From: an uncultured Chloroflexia bacterium | GTDB taxonomy: Bacteria > Chloroflexota > UBA6077 > JACCZL01 | Reading direction: 5' to 3' | NCBI GenBank assembly: GCA_963765765.1 | Contig: CAVXYC010000002.1 | Coordinates: 1 to 64,000, forward strand | DNA length: 64,000 nt | In this document: positions 1 through 9,183 of the stretch, piece after piece | Numbering within the stretch: the stretch's first letter is position 1 | Layout: each line of letters opens with the position of its first letter | The notes under the pieces: generated by a model | What the model saw: the letters and a program-made list of their open reading frames with translations, nothing else | What the model was told of the DNA's origin: nothing | Database searches by the model: none | Position numbers and translations under genes: made by a program

Positions 1-200
1 TTGCGCAGCTTCACCGCGTCACCACGACAGACGAATGCAGCCATTGTGGCGCCTGTAAGGGGATGATCCGCGAGGCCGGCAGTGACCACGGATGCCTGAA
101 TGGTGCCGTCCGCTCGTGCCGTTGCCAGAACTGCTCGGCCGCCGTCCGCCGCGGCGATTTCTCGAATGAGGGCTACGTTATTGGGATCTGTTGAGCTCAT
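1..200 (-). CDS. PPOX-class (F420-dependent) oxidoreductase, 5' part; runs off window edge
   Basis: Hand translation from ATG at 200: MSSTDPNNVALIREIAAADGGRAVLATARADGTIQASVVTAG..., typical PNPOx-like N-terminus (AVLAT-RADG-IQASVV). Confidence 0.65.
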   Translation of the reverse strand, partial: MSSTDPNNVALIREIAAADGGRAVLATARADGTIQASVVTAGLADHPLTGATMAAFVCRGDAVKLR

Positions 201-208
201 GTTTTCCC

Positions 209-325
209 CTGGGACCGCGGGCGTCCCGACCGTCCCGACGTAAAAGTCTGTAAATCCGGCCACCTATTTCGTTGTGCCAAATTGGGCACAGTGGGATCGG
301 GACGGGCGGAACCCCGCAGTCCCAG
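209..325. repeat. REP-like inverted doublet, family A
   Basis: CTGGGACCGCGGGCGTCCCGACCGTCCCGA versus reverse complement of right arm CTGGGACTGCGGGGTTCCGCCCGTCCCGA. Confidence 0.75.
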
Positions 326-329
326 ACCG

Positions 330-1241
330 TCACTCTCCTGACTTCAAGAATTCGATGACCCTCTTGTTGAACGCCTCGTATTGATCCGTTTGAACATGAT
401 GGCCGGCGTCATCGAATTCGTAGAAGCCTCGGAGATTCGGCAGCATGTCACGCACCTGGTGGCCGATGTCGATGACCATGTTCTTGTCCTGTTTGCCCCA
501 GAGGATGATCATGGGATGCGAGAGGCGCGGGAGTCGTGTCCGGAGATCGTTGCGCTGTTCAAGATCATCGCTCCGTTTCGTCGCCAGGCCGCGATTTCGA
601 TGTGCTTCCAGTGCACCCGGCAGCAGCGCCATCTCGATGCGCGCATCGAGAAGCTCATCCGTGATGCTCTCCTCGCGATGCATTAGACCATGGAGTACGG
701 CTCGCATCGTCTCTCGATTTGGATTCTCGGCCATCGCGCGGACGTTGGCCTCGTGCGTGGGCCGGTATGCGCTGGTGCCGGAGATCCCGAGCTGCGCCCC
801 GCCCAGGTTCACGAATACAATCTTCGCAACTCTGTCCGGGCGGTCGCACACGAACCGCGCGGCCGTGGCTGAGCCCATCGATTGGCCCATCAAATGGACG
901 CGATCCAGGCAAAGCGTATCCAGAAATGCCAGAAGATGGTCCACGCGTCGCTGTTCGTCACCCAGAACGTCGTGTCCGGGTGGAGCTTCGGTACGCCCGT
1001 AGCCCACCTGATCGAGTCCGAAGACGCGGAAGTGCTGAGCCAGGGCAGCGATGTTCATGTGGAAGTTCGTTTCGGCGCTCGCGCCTGGCGCTGAGCCGTG
1101 TAACAGCACCAAAGGCTCGCCTTCACCCGCGGTGATGAATCGCGTTTTCAGGCCGTTGGCGCGGATGTAGTAGGACTTCCATAACTTGCCGTGATCGCTA
1201 AGGGCGCTCGCGCGCTCCGCTGGGAGGTTCGCTGTCATCAT
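330..1241 (-). CDS. Alpha/beta hydrolase, meta-cleavage-product hydrolase (BphD/MhpC)-like
   Basis: LLHGSAPGAS oxyanion loop, GQSMG nucleophile elbow, WGKQD, AGHHVQ. Confidence 0.85.
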   Translation of the reverse strand: MMTANLPAERASALSDHGKLWKSYYIRANGLKTRFITAGEGEPLVLLHGSAPGASAETNFHMNIAALAQHFRVFGLDQVGYGRTEAPPGHDVLGDEQRRVDHLLAFLDTLCLDRVHLMGQSMGSATAARFVCDRPDRVAKIVFVNLGGAQLGISGTSAYRPTHEANVRAMAENPNRETMRAVLHGLMHREESITDELLDARIEMALLPGALEAHRNRGLATKRSDDLEQRNDLRTRLPRLSHPMIILWGKQDKNMVIDIGHQVRDMLPNLRGFYEFDDAGHHVQTDQYEAFNKRVIEFLKSGE

Positions 1242-1316
1242 GGTCGTACTCTCGTCACTGGGTTCGTGCGCCGCGCGATCAGGTGGCGCGGAACGTTCGT
1301 CATGATAGCGCGCACA

Positions 1317-2216
1317 TCATTCATCACGGCCCTGCCGGGCTTCCACGGTTTCGGCTTCGATCTCGTAGTACGCGTCGAGATTGATGGTGTCCTCCACCGA
1401 CTGTCGTGATGCGACGAATTCCGCCTCGGTCATGCCGGTGTATTCACCCGTTTCACGGAGCTCCGCGAGTGCGGTTTTCAGGAAGTGGAACGCCGTGCAC
1501 AGCACCACCTGTGCCTCGATGCAGCCCGCGTAGCCCATCTGCCGCAAGTCATCGCGGGAGATGATGGGGCGGCCATCACGATTCCCACGGCTTTGCACGT
1601 AGATCAGGGGGACATTGCAGAGCCGTGGCGCTTGTTCCGCTTCCTGCAGGTTGCGGGGAAAGAGCAGCCCCAGATCCGCACCGGCCTCGGCGGCGCGGTT
1701 GATGCGCATGCTGGCTTCCTCGAGCCCGAGCGCGCGACAGGTATCGGTGCGAGCGATGATCACGAAGTCGGTATCGGATTCATCTCGCTGCTTGCACGCA
1801 AAGCTTATTTTCTCGACGAATTCCTGCACCGGGATTCCGTGAACCACGTACTTGTGGTAGTGAGCGCGTTTCGGGAACAGCTGATCTTCGATGTGGACGC
1901 CGGCGATGCCCGCGCGAATGAATTCGCGTACCGTCCGCATCGTGTGCAACGGTTCTCCCCACCCGGCGCCCGCGTCGGCGATGACCGGGATATCGACACT
2001 CAGGGCAATGTCAGATGCCAGGCGTACCTGTTCGGTCATGGTGAGTAGCGGTTCGCTGATCGTGGTTGAACCGCCGGTGACATACCCGCCAACGTACGCA
2101 GCTTCGAATCCAAGCGACTGCACGAGCCGCCCGCCGAGTGCATCGTAGACGGATGGCATATGCAGAAAGGTCTTGGTCTCGAGCAGTGCTCTAAACCTGG
2201 CGCCAGGACGATTCAT
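1317..2216 (-). CDS. Isocitrate lyase/PEP mutase family protein
   Basis: PVIADAGAGWG, GVHIEDQLFPKR, FVIIARTD motifs. Confidence 0.9.
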   Translation of the reverse strand: MNRPGARFRALLETKTFLHMPSVYDALGGRLVQSLGFEAAYVGGYVTGGSTTISEPLLTMTEQVRLASDIALSVDIPVIADAGAGWGEPLHTMRTVREFIRAGIAGVHIEDQLFPKRAHYHKYVVHGIPVQEFVEKISFACKQRDESDTDFVIIARTDTCRALGLEEASMRINRAAEAGADLGLLFPRNLQEAEQAPRLCNVPLIYVQSRGNRDGRPIISRDDLRQMGYAGCIEAQVVLCTAFHFLKTALAELRETGEYTGMTEAEFVASRQSVEDTINLDAYYEIEAETVEARQGRDE

Positions 2217-2362
2217 AAGATGCCCTCCTCCTGCCGTGGCGACGGCAATTGAGCTGCATCGCTAGTCTAGTTCTAAAGCGCCCGAAGGGCGACTCGATAC
2301 ACTAGGTTGCATAGACCCGAGCCCTGTAGATCACCATCAACACGCGAACGGAGCGAAAGACC

Positions 2363-2968
2363 ATGGATCGGACAGCACTCGTCATCGTCGACATGCAATA
2401 TGATTTCCTGCCTGCGGGGTCGCTGCCGGTCGCAGGCGGGGACGACGTCATCAGTACGCTGAATCGCTATATTGAGCTCTTTCAGGCGAGCGGCCGTCCG
2501 ATTCTGGCAACCCGGGACTGGCACCCGTCTGAGACGACCCACTTTCAGGCTCACGGAGGTGTCTGGCCAGTGCACTGCGTTCAAGGAACGCACGGCGCTG
2601 AATTTCACGAGGATCTTCGCCTACCCGAGTCCACTATCGTGATCTCCAAGGGAATGGGAGCCAACGAGGACGCATACTCGGGGTTCCAGGGAACTGATCC
2701 GTACGGCCGACCCCTCAGTACGGTGCTCAGGGAGCTTGGCGTCGACCACCTGTACATCGGTGGCGTGGCGACGGATTATTGCACCGTATCCACGACGCTA
2801 TCGGCCCTGAGCGAGGGCTTCAAGGTCACCGTCTTGCTCGATACGATCCGCGGCATCAACCTGAAGCCCGGCGATATCGAGAATGCCATCGCTGACATGG
2901 TCCGTAATGGCGCCGAAGTGGCAACGATCGAGCGGTTGGAGCTGGCGACTTCTAACCGAATGAGCTGA
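2363..2968 (+). CDS. pncA: Nicotinamidase/pyrazinamidase
   Basis: VDMQYDFLPAGSL, TRDWHP, WPVHCVQGTHGAE, YSGF, GVATDYC. Confidence 0.92.
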   Translation: MDRTALVIVDMQYDFLPAGSLPVAGGDDVISTLNRYIELFQASGRPILATRDWHPSETTHFQAHGGVWPVHCVQGTHGAEFHEDLRLPESTIVISKGMGANEDAYSGFQGTDPYGRPLSTVLRELGVDHLYIGGVATDYCTVSTTLSALSEGFKVTVLLDTIRGINLKPGDIENAIADMVRNGAEVATIERLELATSNRMS

Positions 2969-3014
2969 CGTTCCGGTTGTCGGGGCGTGTAGCTTCCCTG
3001 GAGCGCCGGCGAAC

Positions 3015-4661
3015 CTAACTCGGCGCCTCTCCCCCGTCCACCAGCCACTGCCGCAGCTCGGCTTTCTTGATCTTGCCGCTCATTGTCTTTGGCAACGCCG
3101 CGAGAAGCTCGATTCGCTCGGGTAGGAAGTGCTTGGACATCCCTTGCGCGAGCAGGAAGTCGATCATCCGTGGAAGGTCCAGGGTGGTGTCGGGGCGACA
3201 GACGACAATCGCGCAGGCGCGCTCGCCGAGCCGCTCGTCCGGATAGCCCACGACCGCCACGTCCATTACATTCGGGTGCTGGTAAATGAGTGTCTCGATC
3301 TCAACGACCGGCACGTTCTCGCCGCCGCGGATGATGATGTCCTTCGATCGACCGGAGAGCGAGATGAACCCGTCTTCCCACTTAATCGCGCGATCGCCGG
3401 TCTGGAACCAACCGTCCACGAACGCGTCGGCGGTGAAGTCGGGCCGATCGAAGTAGCCCAGAAATAGCCCCCCGCCGCGAATCTGCAGATCGCCCTCTTC
3501 GCCAGGCGCGGCCTCACGAAGAGGTTCAGCCATGATGCGAGCGTCGCAGCCATCGATGGCGACGCCGTCGGTCACATCAACGCGGTCGCGAGGCAAGCGG
3601 AGCGATCCACAGATACCGATACCCCACTCCGTCATGCCCCAGGCAGGGCAGATGAATGCATCCAACGCGGCGCTCGCCTCACGAGGCAGGCTCCTCGGGA
3701 TGGGGGAGCCTGCCATCGCGTACATCTTGAGGCTCCCAGGCCCCATTTCAGGCGCCTGGAGCAAGTCCTGGAGAAATGTTGGTGCGCCAGGCATCCAGGT
3801 GATGCCTTCTTCGCGGATAATTCGCGCCGCCACATGTCTATCCCAATGCTCCAGGTAGACGCCGCGTCCCTGCAGCAGCGTGGTGAAGAGCACGCCCCAG
3901 AGAAATCCTGTGTGGTGGCCCATAGGGGACGCGATCAGGTTCACAAGACCGTCATTGAGTAGCTCTGTCCCATGGTGCTCAATGAACCTGAAGAGCACGG
4001 CGTCCAGTGTCTGATGCGTGTTCATCACGCCCTTCGGCTCACCGGTTGTACCCGACGTAAAACCAACGTGGACGAGTGATCCTGGTGACACAGGCGCCGA
4101 TGAGGTCGGTTCGGCCGACGCCAGCTTCGAGAAGCTGATGAAGCCATCTTCGGCAGGTGCGTCACCAAGCACAACGATGTGCTCGAGGTTCGGCGCGCCG
4201 TTGCGAATCTCTCGCGCTAATTCGACATAATCGCGATTTCGATAGACGTCTGGAATGACCAGCACCTTCGATTTCACGCGGCGCACCATGAAGGCCGATT
4301 CGCGCTGTCCGTAAGCGGCCGGTATGCCCGAGTAGATCGCGCCGATCTCGGCAATCGCGAACATTAGCGCGGCAAACTCTACCCAGTTTGGAAGCATTAC
4401 TGAGACAGCGTCCCCGGGCCGTACGCCCAGCCGCTGGAGTCCAGCCGCTAGCCGATCCACGAGCTCGCCGATCTCGCGGTAAGTCAGCGTATTGAGTCGC
4501 GTGCCGCCAACGTCGTATCCCACCGCGGCCAGTTTCTCGGGTGCAGCGTCAATGGCCGCGCGCAGGTAACTCCCGAGCGTCCGCTCACGCCATGCGCCTG
4601 TGGCTCGATAGTGCTCGATGAGCTCGAGAGTCAGTCGGCTATCGGCACGGATGATGGACAT
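3015..4661 (-). CDS. Acyl-CoA ligase, cyclohexanecarboxylate-CoA ligase-like
   Basis: FTSGTTGEPKG, WGMTE, WFQTGD, GRSKDIIIRGGENV, LPKTMSGKI. Confidence 0.88.
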   Translation of the reverse strand: MSIIRADSRLTLELIEHYRATGAWRERTLGSYLRAAIDAAPEKLAAVGYDVGGTRLNTLTYREIGELVDRLAAGLQRLGVRPGDAVSVMLPNWVEFAALMFAIAEIGAIYSGIPAAYGQRESAFMVRRVKSKVLVIPDVYRNRDYVELAREIRNGAPNLEHIVVLGDAPAEDGFISFSKLASAEPTSSAPVSPGSLVHVGFTSGTTGEPKGVMNTHQTLDAVLFRFIEHHGTELLNDGLVNLIASPMGHHTGFLWGVLFTTLLQGRGVYLEHWDRHVAARIIREEGITWMPGAPTFLQDLLQAPEMGPGSLKMYAMAGSPIPRSLPREASAALDAFICPAWGMTEWGIGICGSLRLPRDRVDVTDGVAIDGCDARIMAEPLREAAPGEEGDLQIRGGGLFLGYFDRPDFTADAFVDGWFQTGDRAIKWEDGFISLSGRSKDIIIRGGENVPVVEIETLIYQHPNVMDVAVVGYPDERLGERACAIVVCRPDTTLDLPRMIDFLLAQGMSKHFLPERIELLAALPKTMSGKIKKAELRQWLVDGGEAPS

Positions 4662-4739
4662 ACGCGGTCATTTGTAGCACCGAGATGACGAGCCAACCAG
4701 CAAAGTCGCATTCCAAGATGTTCTCTGGGATGCGTGGTT

Positions 4740-5996
4740 CTAGGATGTGAAAGCGGAGCGCAAGCGCGGGCCAACCTCGTGGAGCTGCTGGAGTGTTGCC
4801 TGGCTAAAAGCGATGCGCACATGTATCGTATCGGCGGTGCGGTCGGTGAAGAAGTTGGCGCCGGTAGGGAACATGACACCCTCATCAGTTGCTTTTTGAC
4901 TCAGCGCTTCCGATGACATTCCCAGGCATTCTGCCCAGAGGAAAAAGCCACCCTCGGGTCGCTGGAACTGCAGCCAGTTGCTAGCATGCTCCTCGAGCGA
5001 CGTTGAGATTGCCTCGCATTTCGCCGCATAGATCCCTCGCAGCCGAGCCACATGAGTCTCGAGTTTTCCGGACAGCATAAATCGGGCAATGGACTCGTGA
5101 ATCAGAGGGCTGCCGCCCATGTCGAAGACCATCCTAGCCAGCGCATCGATCATGTTCGGCGTGGCTTGCACCCAGCCAACGCGGAGGCCGGTCGCAATGA
5201 TCTTGCTGAACGTGCCTGTCTTCAGCACTCCCTCGCCGCCTGCCATGGAAAACAGTGACGGTGGTGGAGGTGCGTTGAAGTAGAGCTCCGTATACGTGGA
5301 GTCCTCGACGATGAGAATGCGATGCCGCGCGCAGATCTCGATCAGCTCGGCTCGCTGGGATTCCGGAAGCACGCTCCCGATCGGATTCTGGTAGTCCGGT
5401 ATGAGAAAAAGCAGTTTCACCTGCTTGTTCTCCGCCTGCGCTTGCTCGATCGCTATGGTCACATTGTGGGCTAGATTCTCATCTTCCCCGATGGATACAC
5501 CCACCACGTCGGCACAGTGTCCCCGTATCGTGCGTATCGTCCCTGCGAAGACTGGCTGCTCAACCAGGACCACATCCCCGGGATTGAGAAACGCGGCGCA
5601 GATCGTGTCGATGCCACCGGCGCCGCCTGGTGTCAGGATGAACTGCGTATGGTCAAGCTCAACGCCGTCCATCCGGGATTGCCGCTCTGCCAACGCGCTC
5701 CGGAGGTTGTCTGAGCCCAGCACGCCACCATAGCGAAGCGCTGGTGTCGGGTTGTTCTGAAGCACCCAATCCAGCTCCGCTTGCAGCTCGCCTGCCGGTA
5801 GCGAGTCAGGGTCGGGAAGGCCTCCACCCAGGGAGATGGGGTCGGCGTGGCTGGACTTTGCCCAGCGAATGGCTGCTCCGGGTGCCGTACCCGTTTCGGC
5901 GGCAGAAGCGGGGCGGAGAGAGGCGGCAGCGGCCGAGAGCATTTCCACAACATCCTGGTCATGCCAGGTGCGCGTTCTCGGCTTGGCTTGGGTCAT
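4740..5996 (-). CDS. PLP-dependent class I aminotransferase, LysN/ARO8-like (no HTH)
   Basis: ISLGGGLPD, IPDYQNPIG, IVEDSTY, GTFSKIIATGLRVGW, PEGGFFLW. Confidence 0.88.
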   Translation of the reverse strand: MTQAKPRTRTWHDQDVVEMLSAAAASLRPASAAETGTAPGAAIRWAKSSHADPISLGGGLPDPDSLPAGELQAELDWVLQNNPTPALRYGGVLGSDNLRSALAERQSRMDGVELDHTQFILTPGGAGGIDTICAAFLNPGDVVLVEQPVFAGTIRTIRGHCADVVGVSIGEDENLAHNVTIAIEQAQAENKQVKLLFLIPDYQNPIGSVLPESQRAELIEICARHRILIVEDSTYTELYFNAPPPPSLFSMAGGEGVLKTGTFSKIIATGLRVGWVQATPNMIDALARMVFDMGGSPLIHESIARFMLSGKLETHVARLRGIYAAKCEAISTSLEEHASNWLQFQRPEGGFFLWAECLGMSSEALSQKATDEGVMFPTGANFFTDRTADTIHVRIAFSQATLQQLHEVGPRLRSAFTS

Positions 5997-6101
5997 GAGT
6001 CACCTCTCTCGGTCCTTCGGGGGAAACTGGGGTCCGGCAAGGATATCGTCTGAGCTATATCGGGGCAACAAACGGGCCGTCTCGACGGTAACACCAAGTC
6101 G

Positions 6102-6596
6102 CTAGAGGCTCACCCCGCGCACTCGCACGTCGGTGCTCAAGCGTCCTCCGCCGACCTCACGTCGATCGAGCCGCCACGGCGGAATCTCGACAAGGAGTGT
6201 GTACTCACCCGGCGCAAGACTGCGAGGAAGGTCCAGAACGCGCTCAATCGTCGATGCGCCTTCCGCGCCAACCGTGAGGTTGCCGACCTCCGCCTCCACA
6301 ACTGCTTGTTGGCCCCGACCCAGGAGCCTTGTGCGCACCCGGGCACTCGCTGGTAGGCTGGCGCTGTTGTTCATGAGCACATTTACTTTCAATGGCTCGC
6401 CAGCGCGGTACTCATTTTGAACGGTGCTTACCAGCACCGTCATGCCCTCCCGCTCCCATCGGAGGACGCGACCATCCGGTGTGTTGAGCACCGTCGTGGC
6501 TGCCCCGGCCGGAGCACAGGCGGCGGCCGCCGTGGCAAGCCCGCTGACCATCAGGCCAAGGAGCTCGCGACGCCCGACCCTCTCTTGATTCTCCAT
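6102..6596 (-). CDS. Hypothetical Tat-exported lipoprotein
   Basis: From ATG 6596: MENQERVGRRELLGL... twin-Arg motif, hydrophobic stretch, AAAC lipobox; beta-rich mature domain. Confidence 0.65.
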   Translation of the reverse strand: MENQERVGRRELLGLMVSGLATAAAACAPAGAATTVLNTPDGRVLRWEREGMTVLVSTVQNEYRAGEPLKVNVLMNNSASLPASARVRTRLLGRGQQAVVEAEVGNLTVGAEGASTIERVLDLPRSLAPGEYTLLVEIPPWRLDRREVGGGRLSTDVRVRGVSL

Positions 6597-7512
6597 GTCT
6601 GGATTATATGGCGGCGCCGTCTGCTTGGATGGGCTTCCACCTTCACATATCAGACCCATCACGATCATTCCCCTATCTCAATTCTCAGGCTTGAGGGCTT
6701 ATCGAGGCGCTTTCCCGTGCCCTATCATCAATGCAATAATCTCCGCGCCTATAGCGCCTGATCTCGGTTCATTGAGTAGGTTTTCCTTCCATTTCATCCG
6801 GCGGTTTCTGTCGCTCTCTCATTCAACGGCTCGCTGGTATCCTGCATTCACGCTGATAGTTCTTGCCGCGGTGGTTGGCTGTCAGCCCAGTACTCTCCCC
6901 ACAGAGTTGCTTGCAGCGGCCGCCTACCCTTCAACGGCTGTCTCGCCTTCCCCACTGCCGACATCAACTGTGACGCTCACAGCGACGCCTGTTCCTCCAA
7001 CACCCACGGCAACGCCGATACCACCGACGCCTACGGCCACTCCCACCCCAAGGCCGCCGACTGAGACTCGCTATGGGGAACGTCAGATCGCCGCGCCTGG
7101 CGGTCTGGGTAACACTCCTACGGACTTTCGGCAGAACTTTGGTCCGCCGCAACAGCTAACGGGGAGCCAGTCGATCTACCAGTTCGCCTGGAAGGACGAC
7201 GAAGATCGGACGATGAACGTCCAGTTCTGGCTCTCCAGGCGGGCCGGGGCTATACGAGTGGATCTCCCGGAGCCATACAATCCGCTGAATGACATGTACG
7301 CCGTGGCTGCCGGGTTTCTGCCCTACGACGCTGAGCTTGTGAATCAGCCAACCGCCAATCTGCAGCACTTCAGAAGCAAGCAATTTGAAAACGTCATGCC
7401 TGATGAGCTGTTGGCAGACAGCGCCGACCCCGGCGACATCTTTGTGCGATTCAACCTGCGCGAAGGCCGCGTAGTGAGTTTCGTTCTGGGTAGCGGCCAC
7501 CCCACCGGATAG
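6595..7512 (+). CDS. Hypothetical lipoprotein with Pro/Thr-rich linker (true start probably downstream, near 6800)
   Basis: LIVLAAVVGC lipobox, TATPVPPTPTATP repeats, globular C-terminus. Confidence 0.65.
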   Translation: MSGLYGGAVCLDGLPPSHIRPITIIPLSQFSGLRAYRGAFPCPIINAIISAPIAPDLGSLSRFSFHFIRRFLSLSHSTARWYPAFTLIVLAAVVGCQPSTLPTELLAAAAYPSTAVSPSPLPTSTVTLTATPVPPTPTATPIPPTPTATPTPRPPTETRYGERQIAAPGGLGNTPTDFRQNFGPPQQLTGSQSIYQFAWKDDEDRTMNVQFWLSRRAGAIRVDLPEPYNPLNDMYAVAAGFLPYDAELVNQPTANLQHFRSKQFENVMPDELLADSADPGDIFVRFNLREGRVVSFVLGSGHPTG

Positions 7513-7577
7513 GGGTTATCCGAGTTATGATGGTGGTAAGTCCGCTTCGCGGACGGAACACGTGCGATGGTGTCGCC

Positions 7578-7745
7578 ATGTACGACGAGATCGACGAACA
7601 ACCTCGGGGCACCTGCCCTCGATGCGGCAACGTTTACTATGACCTTGATACCCGCCGCGGCGGCGAAGTTCGCTGTGACTGTGGCGCCCGGCTGCTGATC
7701 GTGTATCCAGATGAGGTGGAGGCGCCCAGCCCACTACCGGACTGA
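7578..7745 (+). CDS. Small acidic zinc-ribbon protein (LysW-like fold)
   Basis: MYDEIDEQPRGTCPRCG...GGEVRCDCGARLLIVYPDEVEAP; CxxC...CxC. Confidence 0.6.
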   Translation: MYDEIDEQPRGTCPRCGNVYYDLDTRRGGEVRCDCGARLLIVYPDEVEAPSPLPD

Positions 7746-7779
7746 GAGACACCAGCGACAGGCCCCTGATGTCTCTAGT

Positions 7780-8940
7780 TCATAGCTCCACAAACATCCG
7801 GATCCGATCTAAGGCCAGTTCCAGATTGGGTAACGAGTTCGCGTAGCTCAGGCGCAGGTAGCCTTCGCCTTCGGCACCAAACGATGCCCCGGACAGTGTG
7901 GCCACGCTGGCTTCTTGTAGCAGTCTGTCAGCGAATTCCTTACTGCTCAGGTTAGTCTGAGTGATGTTCGGGAAGGCGTAGAAGGCGCCGCGTGGGGTGG
8001 CGCACGTCAAGCGCGGGACGCTGTTCAGTCCGCCGACCATAACGTCCCGCCGGCGCGTGAACTCCGCCAACATGCGGTCTACGTCATCCTGTGGACCGGT
8101 GAGCGCGGCGAGGGCCGCGTGCTGGCTGAACGGCGGTACGCACGAGACGCTGTTCACCATAAGCTTATCGATCGTAGGCACTAGATCAGCCGGGAAGACT
8201 CCATAGCCCAGGCGCCAGCCGGTCATCGCGTAGGTCTTGGAGAATCCATCCAGAATAATGGTCTGGTCCAACATGCCTGGCAGCGCCGCGATGCTCACAT
8301 GTCGATGGCCGTAGGTGATGCGCGAGTAGATCTCATCCGAGAGCACAGCGATATCTCGGCCTCGTACCAGCTCTGCGATGGCCTCGAGGTCCGACCGCTC
8401 AAGAACGCTCCCCACTGGGTTGCTTGGAGAATTCAGGATGATCAACCTCGTGCGATCCGTGACGAGCTCCTTCAGCTCATCAACGTCGAATCGAAAGTCG
8501 CGCGCTTCACGCAGCGGCAATGGGATCGGCCGACCGCCAACATAGTCGATCATGCTGCGGTAGATAGGGAACCCCGGATCCGGGTAGATCACCTCTTCAC
8601 CGGGATTCACGAGAGCCATCAGCGTGAAGAACATGATCGGTTTGCCGCCCGGCGTCACCACCACCTGGTTTGGTGAGACCGAGACGTCCTGAATTCGCTC
8701 CACTTGCTCAGCGATGGCTTGCCGCAGCTCTGGCAGCCCTACCGCCGGCCCGTAGTGCGTGTGGCCATCGCGGATGGCGCGCATGCCGGCCTCCGCCACA
8801 TGCGACGGGGTCGGGAAGTCAGGCTCGCCAATCTCCAGGTGCACGACCTGTTTGCCCTGGGCCTCGAGAGCCCTCGCTCGGACCAGGACCTCAAACGCTG
8901 ACTCCGACCCGAGCCGCTGCGCGGCCTGTGCGATCTTCAT
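7780..8940 (-). CDS. Aspartate aminotransferase family (class I/II)
   Basis: LEIGEPDFPTP, LNSPSNPVG, SDEIY, DGFSKTYAMTGWRLG. Confidence 0.93.
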   Translation of the reverse strand: MKIAQAAQRLGSESAFEVLVRARALEAQGKQVVHLEIGEPDFPTPSHVAEAGMRAIRDGHTHYGPAVGLPELRQAIAEQVERIQDVSVSPNQVVVTPGGKPIMFFTLMALVNPGEEVIYPDPGFPIYRSMIDYVGGRPIPLPLREARDFRFDVDELKELVTDRTRLIILNSPSNPVGSVLERSDLEAIAELVRGRDIAVLSDEIYSRITYGHRHVSIAALPGMLDQTIILDGFSKTYAMTGWRLGYGVFPADLVPTIDKLMVNSVSCVPPFSQHAALAALTGPQDDVDRMLAEFTRRRDVMVGGLNSVPRLTCATPRGAFYAFPNITQTNLSSKEFADRLLQEASVATLSGASFGAEGEGYLRLSYANSLPNLELALDRIRMFVEL

Positions 8941-9183
8941 GGCTGCCTCATGACTCTATGTGGGCCCCGCATTTTAATTATCCGAAACCAACCCCAGCGG
9001 GTAGACACAGCATATCCGGAACGCGCGGCTGGTTCCCCGCAAATCCTGGACTCCTTGCTGACGCCTACCTAGAATCCTCGCAATCAATCAGTCGAGGACC
9101 AGCCCAGGCAATCAGATCATTTCCGAACAAGTCGGCGCAAATCGCCCAGCGTGATGCATCGCGCGGGCACCCGGAGGTCAGAC

